From Lama guanicoe (Eukaryota): DNA of 64,000 nucleotides. The notes below the pieces were generated by a model. The model was not told the DNA's origin. It saw only the letters and a list, made by a program, of their open reading frames with translations, and made no database searches. Position 1 is the first letter of the stretch; each line of letters starts with the position of its first letter. Positions 50,201-62,200 of this stretch are shown one piece after another. A program made the position numbers and the translations under genes. The stretch is taken from the NCBI GenBank assembly GCA_013239625.1, contig MU053504.1, positions 1,930,607 to 1,994,606 of the forward strand, written 5' to 3'.

Positions 50201-53200
50201 CCAGAGAGTGGATAAACAAAATGTGGTACATTCATACAGTGCAGTACTATTGGGCAAATAATAAGGAATGAAGTACTGATGTATTTTGTAACATGGGCGA
50301 ACCTCAAAAATATGTTATGTAAAACCACGCAGATGCAAAGACTGTATATTGTATGAAATCATTTATATGGAATATTGAAGAAGGGCAAGTATTTAGAGAC
50401 AAAATATAGATTAGTGGTTGCCTAGGGCCAGGGGCAGAAATGGGGACTAGTGGGCACAAGGTTTCCCAAAGTAGCTGTACCATTTTTCATTCTCACTAGC
50501 AATGTAAAATGGTTCAGATTTCTCCACATCCTCATCAGCACTTGTCTGTCTGTCTGTCTGATTGCAGCTGTTCTAGTGTACGAGAAATGGTGCCTCTCTG
50601 TGGTTTTGATTTGCATTTCCCTAATGACTGATGAAGTTGAGCATCTTATTGGCCATTTGATGTCTTCTTTGGAGAACTGTCTATTTAAATTCTTTGCCCA
50701 CTTATAAATGGCATTGTCTTTTTATTATTGACCCATAAGAGTTCTTTATGAATTCTAGTTACAAGTTCCTTATTGGATTTACGATTTACAAATAATTTCT
50801 CCCATTCTGTGTGTTTTTTTTTCACTGTCTTGATGGTATCTTTTAAAATACAAAAACTTTAAACTTTATAAGTCTATTGTATCAGTGTTTTCTTTTATCC
50901 TGTGTGCTTTTGGTATTGTAGCTAAGAAATCAGTGCCTAACTAACCCAGAATCAGAAAGGCTTATGCCTGTGTTTTGTTTTTAAAGTGAAATAAAATTAT
51001 TTCTTTGTATTTAGGTCCATAATTCATTTTGAGTTAATTTTTTGTACATGGTGTGAGATAGGAGTCCAAATTTATCTCCTTGTGTGTGTGGTTAATGAAT
51101 TGTCCCTGCACGGTTTGTTGAAAAGGGTATTTTTTTAACCATTGAACTTTGGGGGCACATTTGTTGAAAATCAGTGGAATATAAGAACTTACTTCTAGAC
51201 TCTGGTTTCTATTCCACTGACCTGTATGTCTGTCCTTATGCCAGTATCACACTTTCTCAATTACTGTACAAAGTTTTGAAATTAGGAAGTCTAAGTCCTC
51301 CAGCTTTGTTCTTATTTTTCTAGATTATCATGCCTGTTCTGGATTCCTTGCATTTCCATTGGAATTTTAGAATGAACTTGTCGGTTTTAGGAACAACCTC
51401 AAAAAGCCAGCTGATACTTGATAGAGATAATACTGAATCTATAGACCAATTGGGAGTGTATTACCATCTTAACAAGATTAAGCCTTCCAGTTTATAAACA
51501 TGGAATGTCTTTCTGTTTCTTTAGTTCTTTATTTTCTTTCAACAATGTTTTATAGTCTGCAATGTATGTATCTTCCACTTATTTTGTTAAATTCACTGTA
51601 CAAAGTATATTATTCTTATTCAGCATTCCTCCCACAGTGGAGGAAGCAGGGAGCGACAGACCAGGTGCCCGGATGCATTTGGCATATTCGTGATTGTGCC
51701 AAGTGCCCCCCCACCTTGGGGTGTTATGGCAACCTGAAGATAACTGGGGACATTGCTCTAATTTTTTCTTTCGGCCCCAGCCTTCCTCCTTTGCCCGCCC
51801 CGCGGAATGGTCCTTTCCTCCTGTAACACCTTGACAAATGCCTCGGCCAGCTGTTGAGCAGGCAGAGCAGGTCATGAGTTACTTCCCGTTGTCACCACTC
51901 TCCTGAGGCCTGCTCCAGCTCCCAACCTCTGCTGGATTTTCTGGTGTCATTTGGTAGAGTGCATCTAGTCACTTTGGCAGTCCCCTCTAGGAGGGACAGT
52001 CCCTCTGGCAGGCTTAGTGCAACTCAGATACCTACAGGGATGGGATAGAAAACGGGTGGAGAAACAGAACAGGTGCAAGGCCATCAAAAACTGCAAAGGC
52101 AGAGGCTGTATCACATTGATCAACCCAGACAGATCCACAGAAGTTGCTTAAAGAATAGATCTTAAATGTTTCACCACAAAAAAGAAATGGTAATTATGTG
52201 ACATGATGCTTGTGTTAGCCAAAGCTATGGTGGTCATCATTTTGCAGTATGTAAGTGTATCAGAGCAAAACATTGTACACTTTAAATTTATACAACATAA
52301 TATGTCAATTATATCTCAGTGGAGCGAAGGAGAAAAAAAGGCAGGTCTGCTTACAAGTTATGTGCTAAGTGAGTGGCCCCACATGGAGTCTGCAGTGCAC
52401 AGCTGTCCTGAGCAGTCCTGAGAGGTCCAGGCTTCATATGCCTTTCTGTTTGTAAAGTCTATATACATCAGGAGTCTTAGCAATTCCATTTATGGAAATG
52501 TTTATATATAAGCATGGTGTTTTTCTAAAAATGAAAAATTGAAAGCAAACAATATCAGAATGTAAAGGAGTGGTTAAATGACTGTTATGATTCATAGAAA
52601 TCATTTTGCATTTCAAGTTTTGCTTAAGATAGAGAAAATAATGTAAAATAATTGTGATCTATGTTTAAAAAATCAAAATTGTATATTAATATGTGCACAA
52701 CTGTGTAAAACTGTATAGAAAAATTACTGGAAGGAAAGATTCCAGATGTGGACAGTGATCTCTGGGTGGTGGAATTGTATATGATCTTTTCCCCTTCCTT
52801 GTATTTTTCAAATTTACTATCATGAACATACTATTTTTATAGTGAATAACAACAAAACTTTTTTTTAATGGCTACAGACTTTCACCTTGTTGTGATCTAT
52901 TTCTGATTTTCCTGAACTAGTTCTTTTTTGATGTTTAGATCTTATTTCTCAAACTAGTTTTTAGTAGTTTTGATGATTTTGTATTTAGAGGCAATAAGGA
53001 ACTAAAACAGATAGTTGCAAGTAAATCTTGTGGAACTCAGTCCACCCAGTTCTACCATGGGACAATTCCTTCTTTCAGCTTGTCAGTGTAATGGCCACAG
53101 CAAATGCATCAATCAGAGTATCTGTGAGAAGTGTGAGAACCTGACCACGGGCAAGCACTGTGAGACCTGCATATCTGGCTTCTATGGTGATCCCACCAAT

Positions 53201-56200
53201 GGGGGAAAATGTCAACGTAAGTCACATATTTTAGGGTTACTGATTGCAAACCAGGCGGAACACAATGTCTCTGTTTGACCTGAATATCTTGGAGGGAAAA
53301 AGCCACTTGGTTTTGGATACTGCATTCCTTAAATTCTACTTGTCAGGAGGTCAGCTGAGCTGGGAGAGAGCGAACAGAGCTGCCAAGTGTCAGAGTGGCC
53401 GTTAAAGCAAAAAGTCAGAAACGAAGGTGTTAAGCCTTTAATCACTTACTGTGATGATGTAAGCAAGAGGCTTTAAACTAGAGAAAGCACTGACTCTCCT
53501 TGTTGCATTTGCCCTCCTGGAATGGTGGCTGGTTGAGCAGCAGGTGGATCAGGGATCAGCTCACTGTGAAGGGAGCCCTGAACAAAGGCCCAGAAAAAGC
53601 CTTTTATGACCCCCAGGGGTGGGGAGGGAGGGGGAAGAGAAAGGGCTAGGAGTGGAAAGGTACCCAGGACTGGGGTTGAGGAAAGTGTCTTCAGGGTTCC
53701 CCTCTCCTCCACAAGGTGGCTCAGCAGAGGTGCTTGAAGATCTCTGCCCAAGGCCTCAGGTAAAGAGACCTGGGAATGAAGGCTCCTGAGCTAAGGATGC
53801 AAATATGTAAAGGAGTGTGGCTGGTCAGGGGGCCCGAGACCTTGACTCAGCTCCCCCCAGAGACTTCCACCCAGGCTGGAGGGCAGCTTTCCCGTGAGAC
53901 CCACCAGGGAAAGCCTTTGTCCTTGTCTGTGGTTGAGCCTCAAAAATCACACATAGGTTTTTAACCAGGAGCAGGATTCCTCAGTACTTCTAGTATTTTT
54001 AAAGATTTAAACAGTCCCTTGTTTCCCCATACCTGTGAAATAGATTCCTGTAAGCAGTAGGACACTTTATTTTCAGGACTCAAATTATATTTTTTTAAAT
54101 GACAGTTGATACCAATAAAGTACTTTGTGGTTTGTTCTCATTTCCAGTAGAAAGATCCTTCAGATCTGAGTAGGAGAGTAACTAAGAAAGGAATATCTCT
54201 GCCTACTCCCCAAATCCCACCTCCAAACCCCTTAGCATGGCCCTTGAGAATCTGATCCCAAGCAGCCAGGAGAGAGCTAGCATCCTAGCAGAATATCCCT
54301 TAATCTCTCTGGGGTTCAGTTTCCTCATCTGTAAAATGGAGATAATAGGTTGGTTGTTGAAATGAAAGCAGTCAGCAGCACATGACAGGTAGTCAGTACT
54401 CGGTAGATGTGAGCGATTATTATTACTCTTCTAATATTCTTTCTCACCACTCATATAAAATTTCTTGCTCAGATTAAAAGCTATTCTAAAAATACTCTTT
54501 CACTCCTTGTTAATAGATTTCATCCATTAAATAGTAGTCAGAGTGTCTGACAGTACTGAGTGGTGAGTGTGTACAAGGCATTGTGCTAGCAACCACCTGA
54601 GACGTAGTTGCTTTTGTTATCCCCGAGATTAAGTAACCTGCCCAAGGTATCACTGTGAGAGTTGGTCACACTGAGGACCACATCCAGGACATGACTTTAA
54701 CTCCTGGGCCTGGTCGTGCCTCCAGATGCCATCATTCCCGTATCTGCAGCTGTCATCTTAGAAAAATTACATCCTCTGTGCCATTTGAGGGGCCTGAGTC
54801 AGTTGTCCAGAACTTAGAGCTGGCTTTGTTTTTCAGTCACAATCCATAAGAGAAAGCATGTTTTAAAAATACCATGAGTGATATTTAAGATACCAAGTCT
54901 TTAATGTTTTCTCCTTAGAGTTGTATAGCCCTTAAGTTACAGGTAATAGCCATGATTTTTGAATGCTTAACCATGTTTTATTAATGTATTATCTCATTTA
55001 ATCCTCCCAGCAATCCTACAAGATAGGCTTTGTTATTATTATCCCCATTACATGGATGAGGAAGCTGACTTAGACATGTTAAGTAGCATGCTCAAAATTA
55101 CAGGAGAGCTAAGCAGAGGGGCCTGGATTCAAACCCAGTCAGAATGACTTCAGGCCTTTGCTTTTGCTAATACCCTGCACCTCTCTGCATCCTCAGCAGA
55201 GCTTAGAGCCAAACCCTCGTGTTCCTCACTTCACATAAAGTCTCTTAACCACTGCACTATTCTATTTATAGGTGTCGTGGGGTGATTTTTTTTCTCCACA
55301 GGGTTTATTTTAAAAGTACACCTATCTCCAGCCTAATACTTTTAATTTATTCACTGAAGAACAGGTTATGAGTGAAAAGATGTTGAGCAAAAGGACTCAC
55401 TTATTTCAGCTGAAGTATAAATGTGTCACAGCTCACACTATGTGTTGAGTGAAAGACTGTGGGGACGTGTTGATGGCTGGAGGAGGGAGATGACTCGAGT
55501 CATCTGCTATGAAGGCTAAGAAGACAGCAGGCAAGGGTGGTGTGTCCCCGAGTGTCTCTGAAACACTGACTTGCCACTGGAATCCTGCCCCAGCTCTGAG
55601 CCCTGGTGTGATTTGAAATGTGGCCATTGTAGGGAAGGCACCTCAGCGAGGCAGAGCTTAGCCAGACCAGCCCTCCCCTAGAGGGCAGTCACCGCTCAGA
55701 GCGTCTCCATGGGGACAAGGACTGTGTCTGTGTGCCCACAGTGGAGATGCTTCAGAAATGTTTATTGAATGGATGAAAGAGCCGTGACAGTGAAGAATAG
55801 TATGTTGCAAAAATCAAAAGAGCGAAGGCCTCAGATGGCAGTTGACACGCATTCTCTTTCCTCCTGGCCTGTGACTGTGTCACCTTTAATGTTGCCTTGA
55901 CATTATTTGAGATAAATCACTAGCTGAAAAACAAGAGTCTTACCCACTAAATAAATGCTTTCGTTTTAACCTGGCTTTCCTATTGAATCCAATTCAGATA
56001 AAATTACTAGTTTTAGAAAAAGTCTCTGATAGTGGTAATCTTTTAACCCAGATGTGATCCTCTGTTCCTTTTCCTCCTCCCCAGCGTGCAGGTGCAATGG
56101 GCATGCATCGCTGTGCAATACCAACACGGGCAAGTGCTTCTGCACCACCAAGGGCGTCAAGGGGGATGAGTGCCAGCTGTGAGTACCACACTCCCGGGAC

Positions 56201-59200
56201 TCCTGCCACAGGCCGCACTCACCAGGGAGGGCCACAGGGCCTTGAAGCTGCCTGAACCCCAAGAGCCACCCTCTTCCCTACGCCTTGTTTCCATGAGCTC
56301 TGAGGGACCTCCAGGTTGACTGAGTAGAAATTTTGCCCTTTCTTCTTCTGACAGGTCTAATTTAGTCACCCTCCATACTGAGGAGGTCATCAGTTTAGCG
56401 GTAATTCCTTCACGCCTCTTTAATTCACATTTTTATGTTTGAGTGACACCAGCATTTCCTGGATTGCTGACTTGAATTAGTCTTTTAACTTCAGCAACTA
56501 CTCGAGTTTTGTCATGTCAGGAGATTTTCCTAAAAGACAGAGTTAGAAGAGCTGGTATTCCAAGATGGGATTTTATTTGGCATTTTGGTTGTCTAACAGT
56601 AAAAGTGATTGATCCTCTTGCCTTTGACACATCCCTCCATGTTCTAGCATCTTCCTTGGTGAAGTAAGTCCGATACCTTCCAGGGAAGAGTTTGAGGTCC
56701 CCATCCATTAGGATGCAGACAGCATCAGGCAGGTATGGGGTTTCAGCCCTGGCTGTGCCTCCCCTGAGCAGGGAGCTCTTGAGGCAAGTCTCAGTTTCCC
56801 CACGCATCAGTAGTGAGACTGGTGACAATTGTTGTTAGTGTCCTCATGAGTTGAAACAAGAGAGATTGTTCCCCAATTTTTCTCTGCCTCACCAGAAAAC
56901 CTCGTAAAACATACTCGTTTTATTCATTCTCTCAAGAAGAGACTTGAGATCAATTTATCCAGAGAGAGTAGGAAAAGTGAGAAATGAACATATGAAAAAT
57001 GTCCCCCCCCAATTAACAGCTCTGATTTTATTGTAGTAAAAACAGTCAGAGAGCTGGGTGGCCCTCGTGAAAAAGCACATACTGTAAGATAGCCATTCTT
57101 CCACTCAGCCGCCACTTACATCTTTTGGCACAGTCTAAACAGTTTGCTTTGTCAGAGTCTCATCCACACCCACACATTCCAAGATGGATAAAAACTCACT
57201 ACTTTTTTAGTAACTAACCACAGGGAAATCAATTTGAAAAATGTTTTAAGCACTTTTAGAAGAATATTTAGTCCATACAAAAGTGAAAATGTGTTTTTCA
57301 TGATAATAAATAGGATCTGAATTTTACTGTATTTGGATGTATCTCGTGCTTTGGCAAATGTTTATTGGCTGCTGGTGGTGTGAACTGCTGGGCAGTCAGC
57401 ATTGAAAATGAATGCAAAGTCTTGTTTGTCTACCTGATTTGAGTAACAGTGAAGAATGTAATTGTACTGACTCAAACACTGTAGCTTTTATAAAAGAAGC
57501 TGCTCGATTTTGAAATGAATGTAGATTCTATTTTATGTAACAATAGAAAATAATCTTCATTCTTCCCCCTAGATGTGAGGTAGAAAATCGATACCAGGGA
57601 AACCCTCTCAAAGGAACATGCTATTGTAAGTGTTTTTGCAATTCTTCTTTGTCTAGAAGCAAAGTAGCTCAGTAAAACTTCATTGTTTTCTTTAACATGG
57701 TTTGAGAATGGCAAGTGCTGCAGGAATACAATGAACACTGGTGGACGTGTCCCCTAATTTGCTGCGTTACATTCTATTAGGTTTACTACAGATATGAACA
57801 CTGTTTTAAGCTGCTTTAATTCTGGTTGTGGTTTATATCAGTATTTTCATAGCAGATATCAGGGAAGAATACAGCAGTAAATATCTCTGCCTTTCCTTGT
57901 TTATATTCTTTTGAAACCTTTCATTTGCCATTGCTTGGTTGGGGTCATCATATTTCATATTTTAGTATAGATCAAAAACAATCCTTAAAATGTAGTTGAA
58001 GTTATCATTCCCTCTAAAACTGACTTGTGTTAACCACCTCTTTAGGAACTAATATGTTAAATAAAGTAATGTCTAACTTACAGTGAAAGGGAAATCTGGC
58101 AGGGTGACCAGGACCAGATCTGGATGGGTAAATGCATTTTCTTCCTGTCAGAGAGTCCACGTAACAGGACAGATTATGGAACTGGAGAAAAAGGAGCTAA
58201 TGTTTTGGCATTCTATTATAATTACAAACCAGCTTTTCTGAGTTAAATAGCGTCCCCTCAAAATTCATTCCAGCTAGAACCTGTAAGTGTGTTTTTTCTA
58301 GAAAAACAAGAGGTACTTCATGATCTTGTGTACCTTAGCTGTAATTCCAAAAGAACAATTCACAAAAGAAAAAGTTGTCTATTGGGATTTACCAAATTTA
58401 AAACTTGTTTTTTTAAAAAAAACAAGCCACAGACACAGACAATGTTTGCAAAGCATATCTTTGATAAAAAGTTTATATTCAGAGTATATGAAGAATTCTT
58501 ATACCTGGCAATTCTTACACGAATTACCAATAAGCACATGAAAAAAATGGGTAGCATTAGACATTTGGGATATGTGTATTAAAACTACAGTGACATAAAC
58601 CCTAAAATGACTAGAATCAAAAGCCAATGCTGGGGGTGAGAGGGTGGGGTTGGGGGGCATAAATTAGGAGTTTGGGATTAGCAGATACACACTACTATAT
58701 GTAAAACAGATAACAGCAAGGACCTACTATATAGCACAGGAAGCTATATTCAATATCTTGTAGTAACCTATAATGGAAAAGAATCTGAAAAAGGATATGT
58801 ATGTTTATATATATACACACATATATATAAACTGAATCACTTTGCTCTACACCTGAAACTAACACAACATTGTAAATCAACTGTACTTCAATAAAAAAGA
58901 AAACAAAAATAAAATCTAAAAAATTTTTTAAAAAGCTGATACCATGCTTAATAAAAGACAACTAGATTCTCATATCTCCTTCTGCTTTCAATCTCTTGCA
59001 GTATATTTCTGTTTAAAGTATGTGAAAAAAATCTGGCCTCACCAGACCAATAGTTGGAAAAGGATAGGGTGTTTGAGTAACCTTTTTAGATTCAGATATT
59101 GTCCCTTGATACCATACTAAAACCAAACAACTGGTCATTTCTTAAAGGTTAGTTAACAGTGTGGAGTCTGAAACCACATCAATTAATTTTTTTGTAATCG

Positions 59201-62200
59201 GATACATTATAATATATTTCTGTCTTGAAAAATAAAGCTAATACCAAGTTTTAGCAATGATGTGGAGAAACTGAAGCCCTTATAAACTTTTTAGGAGAAT
59301 ATAAAATGGTTTTCCACTTGGGAATATCATTTGGCAATTTCTTAAACAGTAAAAAACAAACTTGCCAACAACTCGCCAGTTCCCTCTTCCCCCTGGCAGC
59401 CACTGTTCTGCTTTCTCCATGAATTAGACTATTCTAGGTACCTCGTAAAAGTGGAATCATACAGTATTTGTCTTTTTGTGATTGGCTTATTTCATTTAGC
59501 ATAATGTCCTCAAGGTTCGTTCATGTTGTAGTATGTCAGAATTTCCTTTCTCTTTAAGGCTGAGTAATATTCCATTGTATGTATGTACCACATTTTTGTT
59601 TATCCCTTCATCAGTTGATGGACACTTGGGCTGCTTCTACCTTTTGACTGTCGTAAATAATAGCTATGATCTATTTGGCTGTTACAAACATGATTGTACA
59701 AATGGCCCTTCAGGATCCTACTTTCAGTTCTTTTGAGTATATACTCAGAAATGGAATTGCTGGATCATTTGGTAATTCTATTTTTAATTTTTTGAAGGAA
59801 CTGCTATACTGTTTTCCACAGTGGCTGCACCATTTTACATTCTCAACAGCAGTGTGGAAGGGTTCCAGTTTCTCCACATCCTCACCAAGTTTTTTTGGTA
59901 GTAGCCATTTTACTACAAGTGATACGGTACCTCATTGTGGTTTTGATTTGCATTTCCCTAATGATCTCTGATGCTGAGCATTTTTTCATGTGCTTATTGG
60001 CTATTTGCATATCTCCTTTGGAGAAATGTCTATTCAAGTCTTTTGCCCATTTTTAAATCGGGTTGTTGAATTGTGTAGTACTTCTTAGAATTAAATTTTA
60101 CCATCTTTGGACAGAAGGCTCTTTTTCAAGCTGTGTTCTTTTGCCACATTACATTAGCCTTTGAACACTTTCTTGCTTTCTAGGATAAAGTAACTGAGGC
60201 ATATATTTTCTCCTAGTCTGAGGCACATAGTCCTTGCCCCAGACCTGGAGTCAACTATTTTTACATGGAGTCTTATGATTAATTTATAACTTTGTATCTT
60301 TAAGCAAAACCAGCATGCTTAGTTAATATTTGTAGGTGAGTTAGATTGGAGCCTAAAAATCTCAACCAGGGTCATGATACAAAAAGTTTTTGGTAGGTTA
60401 ACTCAAACAAAATGATATTGCCCGTAGACTTGATTCCTTTGTCAGTAGTGCTGTCCTGGCTGTTGAATATTTATGAGAAAAATCAATCTGTATTTCTAGA
60501 GACTTACTCTGTTTTATTTCAGTTTTTAAATACACATTTCTTTCTTTCCATAGATACTCTTCTTATTGACTATCAGTTCACCTTTAGCCTATCCCAGGAA
60601 GATGACCGCTATTACACAGCCATCAATTTTGTGGCTACACCTGATGAAGTAAGATTTAAAAATCTTCCTACTTTGTTTTGAATTAGTGTGAGTTTTTTTC
60701 TTGATTATTATGGGTAGAAGCACTGCCTTAGCAGTGGTCTCCAGAGTGGAGTACACAGGATGATGTTTAGAGGTACAGGAAAGAACTGTTAATCTACATT
60801 TATCCTCCTTTTTATCTAAAAGGTAAGAACGATGTTGTTTAGATTTACCAGGGTCTGATACACAGAGTGACATTGACTCCACACATACTTGGTTTGCCCG
60901 TCAGCCCATCACAGCCCAAACAGGAAAGTGGAGGAGATTGCAAGGGGAATTGCTGTGTCAGGGGGGCAGTGACAGAGCCCAGATTTACTCTTTCAAAATG
61001 GAAATTAATACCAGTGATGCAAGGAAGGTGGCAGAGGTGACGCTTCTGTTCCTAGAATGTGTTCTTAGTCTCATTAAGTGGCAAAAACAGCACATGCTTA
61101 GCTGTCCAATAAGAACTTGGCCAGAAATAATTGAAATTGTTTTGATAACTATTTGAAATGTGTTTTTATATCTACTGTTGTTAATGGTAAACCCCAGTCT
61201 GCCACAAGGTATTACCTAGCAGCAGAAGAGAGCCAACACAGCATGACATTTAAAAGTGAAGCATCTATAACATGAAGACACACGTGTATGATTTCTTCAT
61301 TGAAATACAAAGTTATTCATTCCCTACTCCGGTACATAGTGAAACTTTACTAAACTTGAAAATTATTTGGGAGCCTCCTTGGAGGTTTCTTATTTCTTAT
61401 CAATATACACAAACCATTTGCCATTACAAAATTCTTGTCACAATAAATGTAACAAATAATACGTGGAAAACAATATGGTAACAAGCCGAAGTGTATTCCT
61501 TCATTAACAAATGTTATCAGCAAGCAGTGCTAAATTTAAGAAATAAGTAAATCAGTCGTAAAACAAGATCCACAGTGTGGAATATTTACAATTAAAGTAA
61601 GATTTGTTTTTCTTATTCCACTTCAATGATAAAATTAAGAAGAGATGTACTTGAGAAGATACACTCTTATGAGTGAATAGCTTTTTAAGTAAAAATAAGA
61701 AGTGACTTTCAGTGAAAATAGTTTGTGGAAAAACTGTTGATATGTCATTTCAGTGGCTGTGTTGACCGAAAGTCTTTAAAAATTTTAGAATATGGTATAG
61801 CAAAAGTACCATACAGGAAATTTACTTAACTGCCTTGTTTCTCTTATGACAGAATATTTAATACAATTATCCAATGTATGCATCTTGTCTTTTACAAAAA
61901 CACAAGGATTTCAAGTTTATTAATTCTTTCCGTGGAAAGAAGTAATTGTTAGTAATGTGCTGCCAGCAAATATTAAAAATTAAATAAACGCTTGAGCTGG
62001 CCCTTCAGCTCAAGGTAGGATTTTATCAATAAATAAGAAGGTAACTGCTTTGTGAGAGAAACTTCTGGTCTGGAGACCACATTTTGAAATGGTTATTTGG
62101 AAATGCTCCCGTTTTTGTAATTTTTGTGCTATAAGAACTATCAAAATACCACCCTGGAAAATCTTAATTTTCTAACCTGTTTTAAAGTCTTTCAAAAATG

